Source of the DNA: Eledone cirrhosa
Taxonomy: Eukaryota
Direction of reading: 5' to 3'
NCBI GenBank assembly: GCA_964016885.1
Contig: OZ024760.1
Span: forward strand, 17,918,001-17,982,000
DNA length: 64,000 bases
Part shown: positions 12,644-24,979 of the stretch, in pieces
Layout: every line of letters starts with the position of its first letter
Position numbering within the stretch: the first letter of the stretch is position 1
Notes under the pieces: generated by a model
What the model was told of the DNA's origin: nothing
What the model saw: the letters and a program-made list of their open reading frames with translations, nothing else
The model's database searches: none
Translations under genes and position numbers: made by a program

Positions 12644-13568
12644 CATACATATATATATATATATATGTGTGTGTATATATATATATATACATAATATAAA
12701 AATACGTTATACAAAATATAAACTACACCCAGCTTTCTGTGTGTGTGTCTGTGTGTGTATGTATGGGTGTGAGTATGTGTAAGCGTGTGTGTGAGTGTGT
12801 TAGTGTGTGTGTGTATGTCTGTGAGTGTGTGTGTGTGAGTATGTTACTGTCTGTGTCTGTGTGTGGGAAGTATTTTTAGAAGTTATTCTTGATATTTTTA
12901 TTCAAAGAAAAGCATGTATACATATATACAACAACACACACACATATATATATATATGTGTGTGTGTTGTGTGTGTGTTGTATATATGTATGTACGTGTG
13001 TATGTGTGTAGATATATGTGTGTTTTGTGGGTGTGTGTTGTATATATGTATGTACGTGTGTATGTGTATATATATATGTGTGTGTGTTGTATGTACGTGT
13101 GTATGTGTATATATATTTATGTGTGTGTGTTGTGTGTGTGTGTTGTATATATGTATGTACGTGTGTATGTGTGTAGATATGTGTGTTTTGTGTGTGTGTG
13201 TTGTATATATGTATGTATGTGTGTATGTGTATATATATATATATGTGTGTGTGTTGTGTGTGTGTGTTGTATATATGTATGTACGTGTGTGTGTGTAGAT
13301 ATATTTGTGTTTTGTGGGTGTGTGTTGTATATATGTATGTGTGTATGTGTATATATATATATATGTGTGTGTTGTGTGTGTGTGTTGTATATATGTATGT
13401 ACGTGTGTATGTGTGTTTTGTGTGTGTGTGTTGTATATATGTATGTATGTGTGTATGTGTATATATATATATATATATGTGTGTGTTGTGTGTGTGTGTG
13501 TTGTATATATGTATGTACGTGTGTATGTGTACATATATATATATGTGTGTGTGTTGTATGTACGTGTG

Positions 13569-13609
<41 letters not shown>

Positions 13610-13664
13610 TGTGTGTGTGTGTTGTATATATATGTATGTACGTGTGTATGTGTGTATATATGTA

Positions 13665-13695
<31 letters not shown>
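12255..13695. repeat. Compound TA/TG microsatellite region
   Basis: Mixed (TA)n/(TG)n with recurring GTTGTATATATGTATGTACGTG units. Confidence 0.9.
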
Positions 13696-13696
<1 letters not shown>

Positions 13697-13705
<9 letters not shown>

Positions 13706-14048
13706 ATGAAGTAAGCCCATAGCAATCCGGTCTCGATTCCTGACAGACAAGTTCACGTCACCTGTAGTATTAATACCGTTGTCACAGTATATACCAATAT
13801 ATTTGTGACAACTCACATCTGTGCAGGTGTAGCTGGCCTCCTCCAAGGTATATCTCGTTGGAGGTGTCTTGGGTAATTTAATGATAGGGACCCCAGTTCT
13901 ATCATCTCATTTCTGCAGCTGAGTAAACTGGAGCAACGTGAAATAAAGTGTCTTGCTCAAGGACACAGCACATCACCCGGTCCGAGAATTGAACTCATAA
14001 CCTTTCGATTGCAAGGCCAATGCTCTAACCACTAAGCCATGCGTCTTC
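13697..14048 (-). mobile_element. S1 SINE, near full length
   Basis: Minus: GAAGACGCATGGCTTAGTGGTTAGAG...GAGTTCAATTCTC...CCTTGAGCAAGACACTTTATTTCACGTTGCTCCAG (CORE-like central motif). Confidence 0.85.
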
Positions 14049-14690
14049 ACTATAGATATACCAATAGATATACCAATAGATATACCAATAGATATATATC
14101 AGTAAAAGAAAAAAGAAAAAGAAAAAAGGGAGATTCATCTAGAGAAGAAGAAGAACAAGAACAAGGTGAAGTCGAAGGAGGAGAAGAAGAAGAAGAAGAA
14201 GAAGAAGAAGAAGGTGTAGCGACCGTGTAGAGGTGACTTTAATGGGGGAATATAGTGAGTTTGTTGTAATGAGGGGCTATTAAAGAAAGAACTAGGGTTA
14301 CAGGGTCAACTCTATTGATCCCTATCAGAGAAATGACCATTTCACAACCGTGTCCACCTGAATCAGGTGACCATATCAGTTACTTGTATCTACAGATGCA
14401 AAGGCCGCTATACAATGAGGGTTTTTTTTTGGGGGGGGGGGGGGGGTATAAATATATAACTAAAACTAAAACAGAAAATAAAACAAAGAAAAAAAATCCC
14501 CGATAGAAGGAAGACTTTTAAGGGTCATTCGTGGAGAAAGCTTACAAAATTCCACAGCCACCTTGACCGGTAGGGCGGGTTTCCCCGTCGCTGTTTACCT
14601 CCTCCAATGTGACACTTACTCAAGTGGAAACATGGTGTGTGCGGCCACCAAGCCGAAGAGAGCAAACTGTCCAAGTCTCGGCCGCTCTCA

Positions 14691-14908
14691 GATAGGTTTG
14701 TGGTAGAGCTTGTAATAGTGGAGTCTTCCAGTGTTCTGGGCCCCTAGACCACATCCATACTGATGTGATAGGTTTGTGGTAGAGCCTGTAGCAGTGGAGT
14801 CTTCCAGTGTTCTGGGCCCCTAGACCACATCCATACTGATGTGATAGGTTTGTGGTAGAGCCTGTAGCAGTGGAGACTTCCAGCGTTCTTGGCCCCTAGA
14901 CCACATCC
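14691..14908. repeat. Tandem repeat, 76-bp unit x ~3
   Basis: GATAGGTTTGTGGTAGAG at 14691, 14767 and 14843. Confidence 0.92.
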
Positions 14909-14954
14909 CTACACAATGCTATTGGAGCAGAGTTGGCCGTCCGTCCGCAGATAT

Positions 14955-15260
14955 GAGCCCTACGAGGGGAAGTGCCTGTTTCAGCGTGTTTCCCTCGCCG
15001 TCCTCCGGGGCAATGTTTTCTCCATCCTGTCGGCCGGGACCCAGAGGCAGACGGTAAGTTAGTTGGTAGTGGAGGACCTACAGGCATACACTCAGACCTG
15101 TCCAGTCCAGTCGGACCATGCTCACCATTTTCGTTCACCTTTCAACAAACTGGTTCGAAGGTTGCACTTCCTTCTCTCTACCTTGATTTTCCTCTTCAAG
15201 TGAAACATGAAAAAGTTTATCAGGCCCTCGCCAAAGTAAGAAAGCATGTCCTCGAACCTT
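14955..15260 (-). mobile_element. Tx1/L1-type LINE remnant
   Basis: Minus translation FGEGLINFFMFHLKRKIKVER...QFVER*TKMVSMVRL is homologous to 4153-4632. Confidence 0.7.
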
Positions 15261-15335
15261 AGAACTCAGAACGTAAAGGGTCGTCAACTCTATGACGCAA
15301 AGCATGTTGTCCGACGCTCTACCGATGCTGCCAAT
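15260..15335 (-). mobile_element. S2 SINE 5' fragment
   Basis: GAACTCAGAACGTAAAGGG...GTCCGACGCTCTACCGATGCTGCCAAT. Confidence 0.75.
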
Positions 15336-15454
15336 GATGATGATGATGAGGATTTTATTTGCCAGAAGGACATTAGATGAAGGAAACAGTACAAATAGAA
15401 GTTACAACATGAAGGTGGAGGGGGGTGGGGGGTTTAGATAAACATGAAAAAATA

Positions 15455-16820
15455 GGTATATATAGTATATAATTTAGGTATATATATAATATATAATTTA
15501 GACATATATAGTATATAATTTAGGTATATATATAATATATAATTTAGACATATATAGTATATAATTTAGGTATATATATAATATATAATTTAGACATATA
15601 TAGTATATAATTTACGTATATATAGTTTATAATTTAGACATATACAGTATATAATTTAGGTATATATAATATATAATTTAGGTATATATAATATATAATT
15701 TAGGTATATGTAATATATAATTTAAATATATATAGTATATAATTTAGGTATATACAATATATAATTTTTATATTTATATTATATAATATAGGTATATATA
15801 ATATACAATTTAGACATATATAGTATATAATTTAGGTATATATAATATATAATATATAATTTAAATATATATAGTAAATAATTTAGGTATATATAATATA
15901 CAATTTAGACATATACAGTATATAATTTAGGTATATATAATATACAATTTAGACATATATAGTATATAATTTAGGTATATACAATATATAATTTTTATAT
16001 TTATATTAAATAATTTAGGTATATATAATTGTTAATATACACATTAGGTATATATAGAAAATAATTTAGGCATAAATAGTATAAACATTAGGTGTATATA
16101 GTATGAAGATTATGTATATATAATACACAACTTGGATTTATATAATATACAATTTAAGTATATATAACATATACATTAAGTATATATATAATATACACAC
16201 TAAGTATATATAATATACAAATTAAATATATATAGTATATATATATATATCAGCTATATATATGGTATATAAATTAAGTATATATAATATACAAATTAGG
16301 TATATATATATAAATATGTATATAAATATATATAGTATATAAATATATATAGTACATAAATATATATAGTACATAAACATATATAGTATATAAATATATA
16401 TAGTATAATCATATATATAGTATATACATATATATAGTATATACATATATATAGTATATACATATATATAGTATATAGATATATATAGTATATAAATATA
16501 TATAGTATATACATATATATAGTATATAGATATATATAGTATATAGATATATATAGTATATAGATATATATAGTATATAAATATATATAGTATATACATA
16601 TATATAGTATATACATATATATAGTATATAGATATATATAGTATATAAATATATATAGTATATACATATATATAGTATATACATATATATAGTATATAGA
16701 TATATATAGTATATAAATATATACTATATATAAATATATGTAGAATATACATATATATAAAAATATATATATAGTATATAGATATATATATAGTACATAA
16801 ATTAGGTATATACAATATAC
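15455..16820. repeat. AT-rich minisatellites (~20-22 bp AATTTAGGTATATATAGTATAT, then ~18 bp ATATATATAGTATATAC)
   Basis: Direct inspection of the periodic units. Confidence 0.9.
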
Positions 16821-17054
16821 AAATTAGGTTTATAGCAAAAAAAGGTATATATATATATACAAATCAGGTATATATAGTATACACATGACATATATATATA
16901 ACATAATTAGTCTTGTTAGTAAAAAAAAGATGACCATGTATCGATAATTAAGGAACCCTAAATATTCCCAATTTAATAATGGTACAACACTTTAACGACT
17001 GCCAATATAGTATAGTGTGTATTGGTTTTATTAAATGGATATAGATTTATTCCT

Positions 17055-17112
<58 letters not shown>

Positions 17113-17125
17113 ATTTCTGTATGTT

Positions 17126-17167
<42 letters not shown>

Positions 17168-17169
<2 letters not shown>

Positions 17170-17240
17170 GAGAGTAAAACAAAGAAGCCTTCAATACATC
17201 AAAAGTCTTTATTAGCCGACAATGTTTCGTCCTATTACAT
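17168..17240 (-). mobile_element. HHR 3' half with polyA signal in a TA tract
   Basis: Minus: GGAC-GAAA-CATTG-TC-GGCT-AATAAA; no upstream CTGANGA core. Confidence 0.55.
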
Positions 17241-17424
17241 ATATATATATATGTATGAATATATGTATGAATATATATATATATTAATTATATGTATATT
17301 AAAACTATATATATATATATATATATAATATATATATGTAAAAGGTAAACAGAAATAACAACACAATCGGTACAGTATATGGAAGGAATATATTAGGTTA
17401 AAGCTTGATATAGCAGGAAGAGGG

Positions 17425-17460
17425 TCTTAACATTTCGGACGCTAGTCCTTCATCAGAAGA
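17425..17460 (-). ncRNA. Minimal PLE-type hammerhead motif (family G)
   Basis: Minus: TCTT-CTGATGA-A-GGAC TAGC GTCC-GAAA-TG-TT-AAGA; stem I TCTT/AAGA; probably GAAACGTT before CpG decay. Confidence 0.8.
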
Positions 17461-17639
17461 AAGAATGAGAAATAAGATAGATTGAGGGGACGGGCGGGTT
17501 GGAATTGGAAAAAATGTCTTTAGATAAAAATAACAGGTCCATTCATGTTGACATCTCTTGCAAAACTGTTGGTGCTGGCGTTGGTGTATATATATAATTT
17601 ATTTAAAATATGTATACATTTTATATATATATGTGTGTG

Positions 17640-18040
17640 TGTATAAGTTTAATAACTTTGATAGGTTTTGGCCAGTATTGGACCAGGCCATGTCTAATTT
17701 AATAGCACCACCTGGCGAAGTCTTTCAAATCATATTTTGGACACTACCGGTTGTAGGAGCTTTATCCGGAATCTCGTTGAAGAATTTGTCCAAAGACTTT
17801 TAAAATTTTATGGGGTCTGTTTCTGTTTTAATATATTTCGGTGTAATGTTAAAGAGATGGAGACCAGTTGAGGGGAAATAATTGTACCCTAATGTTGTAA
17901 TGAGATGCGAGTGTGATTTTGGTTGTGGGCGGATAGAACGGGGACCAAGCCTTAGGTGTATTTTCAAGATGATACCAACATCATTTGGGAAATGCTGATG
18001 GAATATTTTGTACACGATGCAGATAATGTAGTGGTCACGG
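17640..18040 (-). mobile_element. CR1/L2-group LINE 3' remnant
   Basis: Minus translation YIICIVYKIF...PNDVGI...NYFPSTGLHLFNITPKYI...F*KSLDKFFNEIPDKAP matches the CR1-group ORF2 C-terminus; 3' UTR shared with 22618-22730. Confidence 0.8.
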
Positions 18041-18121
18041 CCGAGTTAGAGAGGGTGCCGTTTCAGCTTCCCTAGTCAACCCAATAGACAAGGCCTACCA
18101 TGCCGTCTATCTTTTTGTATG

Positions 18122-18154
<33 letters not shown>

Positions 18155-18169
18155 GAATCTATCCTGATT

Positions 18170-18200
<31 letters not shown>

Positions 18201-18407
18201 ATATATATATATAAATATATATATATATTATGTAATAAACAACATAAGACAATTATTCGATTTACCAAAGGTTTCATGTAATTAAATAGCTCTGTAGCAT
18301 ACATAGAGCACTCTCTTTTCCTTTACCCTTCCTACAGAAATACTTCATATATATATATATATATAATATATAATATAAGATCAAAAGATGGTTAAAGGAG
18401 TTCCATG

Positions 18408-18477
18408 TATTTTATTATGCGCATTTCAAAAACAAACATCATCATGCAATAATATTTGTGTTTTCATCAGATAAAAC
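18408..18477 (-). ncRNA. Type I hammerhead with extended stem II
   Basis: Minus: TTTTAT-CTGATGA-AAA C ACAAATATTAT..ATGATGTTTGT T TTT-GAAA-TGCGCA-TA-ATAAAA; all core residues intact. Confidence 0.8.
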
Positions 18478-18550
18478 AGGAGAACATGATATGAAGGCTA
18501 AAAAACACTTGTGGATAGTGCAGTTTTAAATCTACATATATATATATATA

Positions 18551-18603
<53 letters not shown>

Positions 18604-18666
18604 GGGATTCATGATTTCTTTTTTGCTTTAGGAAAAACGTAAATCTGTATTTATCTTCACGCAATC

Positions 18667-18709
<43 letters not shown>

Positions 18710-18754
18710 AAATTAATATGGATGAGGTGTTAAATGTTCATTAGATTTATTGAA

Positions 18755-18850
18755 GTGTGATGCGTGATTCACGATTGATCAGCTCAAGGTTCGATCTGTA
18801 TCGATCGGGCCCGACTCTGGAATCAAAAGCTCGTCAGACTTCTGTGATTG
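18755..18850 (-). mobile_element. Decayed inverted partner of the 19488 hammerhead
   Basis: Reverse complement CTGACGAGC...CAGAGTCGGG...GATCGATACAGATCGAACCTTGAGCTGATCA aligns to 19491-19552; GAAA and stem III are decayed. Confidence 0.75.
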
Positions 18851-18880
18851 TAATGACAGAAAAAAAAAATATACATACAT

Positions 18881-18924
<44 letters not shown>

Positions 18925-18927
<3 letters not shown>

Positions 18928-19008
18928 GAAAAATTGAACAGGGACAGAACAGAGAGGCAGTACGATAAATGTTTATTAAATTCACGCTCAGGAGAGTGGG
19001 GGGTAGGA
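18925..19008 (-). mobile_element. Family C 3' tail fragment in (TA)n
   Basis: Near-identical reverse complement of 44920-45001. Confidence 0.85.
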
Positions 19009-19090
19009 TATATATATATATGCATAATTATGGGCATCTATACATAAACATATATATACATTATATGATATATAAATATATATACATATA

Positions 19091-19433
19091 TAATCTCGGG
19101 TGACAAATAATAGGGGAGGTTGAAATAAGTGGGTGGTTGCACATTTGATTAAATTCTTATAAGCAGGGGTGAGAGAAATCGATAATTCTATAGTGTACGT
19201 TCGTAAATATGGGATTTCCTGTAATGTGCTTTTATGGTCATATATAATGAGTTTTCAATGTAAAATAAAATAATTATTAGCTTCTCTAGCTGCCGTATCG
19301 ATATAAATCACTTACAATAAAATATCACCGGAGATAGATTAGCAAAATTTAGTAACGTGTGTGTTTGTTTGAATGGCATTCTGAAAAATGAATAATACAT
19401 AGGTGGGGGGGGGGGGTTATTCAAGACCTCAGA

Positions 19434-19436
<3 letters not shown>
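19091..19436 (-). mobile_element. MITE-like non-autonomous DNA element
   Basis: Imperfect terminal inverted repeats (TAATCTCGGG...AATAA / TTATT...CCTCAGAGTA) in a TA context; internal CTATCTCCGGTGA block shared with 35873-36228. Confidence 0.65.
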
Positions 19437-19477
<41 letters not shown>

Positions 19478-19487
19478 CCACTGAAAG

Positions 19488-19572
19488 GGTCTGACGAGCC
19501 GTTGATTACAGAGTCGGGTTAGATCGATACAGATCGAATCTTGAGCTGATCAGTGGCGAAACGCGCGTCACC
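19488..19572 (+). ncRNA. Type I hammerhead with intact core and large stem II insert
   Basis: GGT-CTGACGA-GCC...(54 nt)...GGC-GAAA-CGCGCG-TC-ACC; AATAAA at 19577. Confidence 0.85.
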
Positions 19573-19902
19573 AACCAATAAACGTAATGAAGGAGTAACC
19601 ACTCGTCGTTGTTTTATTTTATATATATATATATATATATGTATATATAATCAATCTATATATTATATAATCGCTAGCCCTGTCTCTATATATGTACATA
19701 TATGTAATATATGTGTGTTTATGCATGAAACCAAAAGGTAAATGGCAACAACAAAGCAAATAACACGGTACAATGAAGAACAATATGAGTTTAAGGTTTG
19801 TTATCGTATCATATATATATATATGTAGATGTATGAATAAATATACATACACTTTGTAGATTTTACGCATATATTTTGTTTTGTTAGTTCATTTATGTAT
19901 AC

Positions 19903-19954
<52 letters not shown>

Positions 19955-20065
19955 TAAATGTAATCTAAGTTTTTCGAATATAAATAAAAACATTCGATTC
20001 GTTTGCAATTATGCAAACAAGCCTAATTTTTATATAGACACTTATATACACTTACATATACTTAA

Positions 20066-20151
<86 letters not shown>

Positions 20152-20297
20152 TTATTTATTTATATATATATATACGTTTATGTATATATATACGTGTGTG
20201 TGTGAGTGTCTGTGTGAATGTATATATACATATATGTATATATATGTATATATACATGTGGATAAAACTAGGTAAGAAGTGATGGAATATATATATA

Positions 20298-20342
<45 letters not shown>

Positions 20343-20443
20343 CAAGAGAAAGTGAAAGAAAGAAAGAGATCAGGTGTCTTTCGAACCATGTATACATAAA
20401 ATTCTATCACTATACAGTCCTTTCTATTACACACTTCTAAATT

Positions 20444-20495
<52 letters not shown>

Positions 20496-21268
20496 ATATA
20501 TATATATACACTATATATATACACTATATATATATATAGCCAAATGAATTAACTATGGAGATATAAAAGATACAGAAGCGAAAACCAACCAAACAGTGAG
20601 TGTGTTCTGTTATTATTTCTGGCAATATTATTACAACAATATGACCCTCCCCAAGTATAACAATATATATATATATATATACATACATACATATATAAAT
20701 ATTTCTTTATACATATATATACACAAATATAAATATATATATATATATATATATATTTATACATATACATATATATACATATATACAATGTTTATGTGAT
20801 AATAGAAACCTATTACTGTTTACACGGTTGGTTAATAACATAGTATACACGTAGAGGGGCCTTGTTTGCCTTAAAAATGTGAAGGGGACAGACCAACATT
20901 TGTTGATTCTTAAAGGAGCCTGTTAGTATTGCTTATGGTGCTTTTCCCGGACCCTATCACATCAGTAAAGTTTGACGCTAATTAAATTTTATATATTCAA
21001 ATGAAGTTCAGATATAAAAAAAATTAAGGTTAAAAAGAATTAATTATATCAAATAAACAAAAAATAAAATATAGACCTTTGAAAAAGTGTGTGTGAGGGG
21101 GGATTTGTCCCCTGGTACCCCCCTGAAACAAGGCCCTTTGACACATATATAATATATATATATATATATTCAGGGGCTACAAGGGGACAAGTCCCCCCCC
21201 CCCACTTTTTGAAACGTCTATATTTTATATATATTTATATATATATGTGTGTGTATGTATGTACATGC

Positions 21269-21313
<45 letters not shown>

Positions 21314-21314
<1 letters not shown>

Positions 21315-21445
21315 CGAAGGAAATGTGGTAAGGAACCAGATGGACCATAACGCACCAAAGTACTCAATACTTAGGGTAGTAGATTTTTTAGTCCAGAATT
21401 AGCCGTCGAAACGGCTTGAGCTCAGCCGTCGGGGTCCTACTCGTT

Positions 21446-21449
<4 letters not shown>
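21314..21449 (-). mobile_element. Family A mini-element: long tail (-) fused to short end (+) without overlap
   Basis: 21314-21382 is the reverse-complement tail; 21390-21449 is GTCCAGAATTAGCCGTCGAAACGGC...TTCCTA; TA flanks. Confidence 0.9.
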
Positions 21450-21536
<87 letters not shown>

Positions 21537-22263
21537 GTATATGTATAATTGTATTAAAGGAAAGATATATACTTATATCATCTCTATTTATTTTATTATA
21601 TATATTTCGAAGATGTAAAGTTTTATGAATAACATAAACCAGAACAAACAACATATGAGTTGTATAATTTTTCATATATAAATATATATATATAAGTATG
21701 TATTTGTGTGTGTGTCTATGTCTTTGTAATTATATTTATATATATATATACACATACACACACACACACATATATATATTAAAATAATAGATCAAAGTTT
21801 AAACAAAAAATCGCTGCTTTCACCCTTAACAGGATCTTCTGTGCTCTCTTTGGATTTTAGTTTTCACATTTATTATTATTACTATATGTATATATATATA
21901 TAATATATAATACACACACACATATATATATATATATATGTATATACTTTCTTATATTTTCCATAAAAATAAAAGAAACTAAAATATGATCTGATCCTAT
22001 GTTGATATATTTAGTGAATATTACCTGCTGTGTGATATATATCATATAACATGTTATAGCGTTAAATATCCCTCCCTATTATTGCATAATAGCTGCTGAA
22101 ACTAGGAAGTGCCGATAATCTGAGTAGATTTACCATGTAACATATTTTATAGTAGGAAACGACACAAGATTTACATATATACACAGATACACACACAAGT
22201 GTGTATGTGTGTATATATGTAAATGTATGTGTGAATATGTATATATATATATTATATATATAT

Positions 22264-22299
<36 letters not shown>

Positions 22300-22452
22300 A
22301 TTATCTGTGTATATGTATATATATATATGTGTGTTTATGTGTGTGTGTATATATATTATTTATTAAATATATACATAAACTAAATTATATATATATATAT
22401 ATATATTATACGTACAGATTAAAGTTTAAGCAGACAATCGGTGCTTTCACCC

Positions 22453-22487
<35 letters not shown>

Positions 22488-22488
22488 A

Positions 22489-22580
22489 TATCCCGGGTTC
22501 AATCGGGGGTAACCACAGTAAGTAAGGTACTCAATACATAGGTGATTATAAATATTCAATATAGAAAAGGCTTCTACGGG
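22489..22580 (-). mobile_element. Family E long-tail fragment
   Basis: CCCGGGTTCAATCGGGGGTAACCACAGTAAGTAAGGTACTCAATAC shared with 24596 and 48493. Confidence 0.85.
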
Positions 22581-22617
22581 AGAAAAAAAAAAATATGTAT
22601 GTATGTATGTATGTATA

Positions 22618-22730
22618 CATTTGATAACTTTGATAAATTTCGGTCGGTACTGGCCCAGGACATGTCTAACATAACAGCACCACCTGGCGAAGTCCTTCAA
22701 ATCATGATTTGGACACCACGACCCATTCAC
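22618..22730 (-). mobile_element. CR1/L2-group LINE 3' UTR fragment
   Basis: Homologous to 17645-17745 (AGCACCACCTGGCGAAGTC). Confidence 0.75.
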
Positions 22731-22831
22731 GTAGAGAGTTATTGTTTATGGAGACATATCGGAAATATGTATTCACACTTATCTGAATACATAGAAATAT
22801 AGACAATTTCATAAATGAGTAGCTATATAAT

Positions 22832-22922
22832 TGTTTCTAGTTTAGGCACAAGACCAGCAAATACCCAGTGCATTACTGGTACTTTATTTTATCGACCCCG
22901 TAAGGATGAAAGGCAAAGTCAA
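22832..22922 (-). mobile_element. S2 SINE fragment
   Basis: CTGGTACTTTATTTTATCGACCCCGTAAGGATGAAAGGCAAAGT. Confidence 0.85.
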
Positions 22923-23060
22923 CCGTATTTCCCCAAAATAAGTCTAAAAGATCTATCATGCGTCCTAGAGGCTGAAGGTTGTTTATTATTTTTTTTTCAA
23001 AATTTTGGTTGTCAAAGTTAGGGTGCGTCCTCGAGGACGAAGCGGTCGGGAAATACGGTA
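22922..23060. mobile_element. Pogo/Tigger-like MITE
   Basis: Terminal inverted repeats ACCGTATTTCCC / GGGAAATACGGTA. Confidence 0.7.
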
Positions 23061-23299
23061 ATTAGAAAAAAACAAAAAAAAAACGATACAGATATTTAAA
23101 AGGAAAGGAAAAGCAAGGTCTCTAGGGTCACAGAAAAATAGGAGTAGGAAACATTTACTCTGTATGTTTACAGATAGCCCTAAAAATGTAAATGTTTTGG
23201 AAATCTTACTATTTTGTTGGGGTGGTTTCTTTGAGTGTATCCAACAACCGGTGGTGTATTAAGAGTTGGGGACTAACTTGCCTGTAGCCAGCGGTGGGA

Positions 23300-23900
23300 G
23301 GGGGTCACACACAATATTTAAAGGGTCCCAAATTAATGTTTTTGCTACTATAAACAATATGCAAGGGCTGGGCTGAAGTGTGTAGCCAGGTGCCACACGA
23401 TACGATATTTAAAGAACCCTAAAATAATTTAAAATAATTAAAATAAAAAAGTTTCGGCTAGGGATCTTACAATATTTGAATGGCCCCAAAATCTTTTTTT
23501 TTTTCTTTCTTTCTTGCTACCATGATGATCCCTGATGAAATATTCAGTTAGGGTTCACACAATATTTAAAGGGCTGCAAATTAATTTTTATTTACTACCA
23601 TAAATATTATGCAAGGTCTCTGATGAAATGTTCAGTTAGGGGTCACACAATATTTAAAGAGCTGCAAATTCTTTTTTATTTGCTGCCATAAATATTACGC
23701 AAGAATCCTGAAAAATATTCAACTAGGGCTCACAGAATATTTAAAGGGCTGCAAATTCTTTTTTATTTGCTGCCATAAATATTATGCAAGAGCCCTGAAA
23801 AATGCTCAGCTAGGGGTTACACAATATTTATGTCATTTTTTTTTTCTTCATTGGTCCCATAGATATTACGCAAAAACCCATTGAAATTTCCGGTTAGGAG
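23300..23900. repeat. Diverged minisatellite, ~87-bp unit x ~7
   Basis: GGGTCACACAATATTTAAAGGG-like blocks at about 23309, 23558, 23646, 23732 and 23820. Confidence 0.85.
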
Positions 23901-23957
23901 ACCCTATGTAAGTTTAACCCAGCCCTGCTAACGTAGGTAAGAAGACGAAAACTCTTA

Positions 23958-24052
<95 letters not shown>

Positions 24053-24103
24053 TCAGGACCTCGACGGCTGAGCTCCGGTCGTTTCGACAGCTAGATCCGA
24101 ACT
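24053..24103 (-). mobile_element. Family A2 internal fragment
   Basis: GACGGCTGAGCTCCGGTCGTTTCGACAGCTAGATCCGAACT matches 604-644. Confidence 0.8.
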
Positions 24104-24117
24104 CATATATATATATA

Positions 24118-24290
24118 GTTTAAGGAAACGACAAACAGAGGTACAAAAAGTCTTATTAGTTTCACGCCTTATATAGAAAAAGGGGAAAGAAAGTTTGACA
24201 TCTGTTGGACTTTAGCCCTTCTTCAGGGGTACAAAAATAGAGACAGGATCACAAAGGGTAGATGCAGAAAATAAAAGGTAGTCCAAATAA
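24118..24290 (-). mobile_element. Family F element with decayed minimal HHR; partial direct duplicate at 24808-24886
   Basis: Minus: CTGAAGA-A-GGGC TAAA GTCC-(AACA, decayed GAAA)-GATG-TC. Confidence 0.6.
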
Positions 24291-24309
24291 TATATATATA
24301 TATATATAT

Positions 24310-24545
24310 AAACTGAAGTAAAAGTTAAGTGGAAATATTCAAGAGTAAGAGCACTCAGTCCATAGAACGAGTTTAGTATAAATAATTACAACAGTGACAT
24401 AAACAGGTCCTTAAGTTTCGTTGGGTTCTGGGCCCCAATTCATTCAGCCTGTCATGAGAAAAAAAAAAAACTTTTCTCATGACAGGCTAAATGAATTGGG
24501 GCCCAGAACCCAACGAAACTTGAGTACCTGTTTATGTCACTGTTG

Positions 24546-24552
<7 letters not shown>
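24310..24552 (-). mobile_element. Family J element: ~170-bp palindrome of two HHR copies plus long tail
   Basis: Arms 24382-24460 and 24472-24552; ACAGG-CTGAATGA/CTAAATGA-ATTGGG..CCCAAC-GAAA-CTTRAG-TA-CCTGT; tail motif CTGAGTGC at 24351. Confidence 0.8.
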
Positions 24553-24595
<43 letters not shown>

Positions 24596-24596
<1 letters not shown>

Positions 24597-24793
24597 GTTA
24601 TTCCGGGTTGAATCGGAGGTAACCACAGTAAGTAAGGTACTCAATACATTGCAGAGTATAAAAGTTTTAATATAGATGAGATTCTACAGGACTAGAACTG
24701 TTTCATTCTTTAGAAATCATTCTTTAGAGATTCCTGATGGTTTCTAAAGAATGAAATAGTTCTAGCCCTGTAGAATCTCATCTATATTAAAAC
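24596..24793 (-). mobile_element. Family E element: long tail (-) plus short end (+)
   Basis: Plus arm GAGATTC-CTGATGG-TTTC TAAA GAAT-GAAA-TAG TTCTAGCC CTG-TA-GAATCTC (24727-24779, 7-bp stem I); inverted copy at about 24670-24720. Confidence 0.85.
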
Positions 24794-24884
24794 TATATAT
24801 ATATATAATTAGCCCTTCTTCGGGAGTACAAAAATAGAGACAGGTTCACAAAAGATAGATACAGAAAATAAAAGGTAGTCCAAG

Positions 24885-24979
<95 letters not shown>

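Noticed and set aside
20849-21210. Possible non-autonomous DNA transposon (GGGCCTTGTTT / AAACAAGGCCC inverted ends)
   Set aside because: The inverted match is short and no TSD is evident; too weak to list as a feature.
23520-23640. CTGATGAAA motifs as hammerhead cores
   Set aside because: They are part of the ~87-bp minisatellite; no stem II or stem I pairing.
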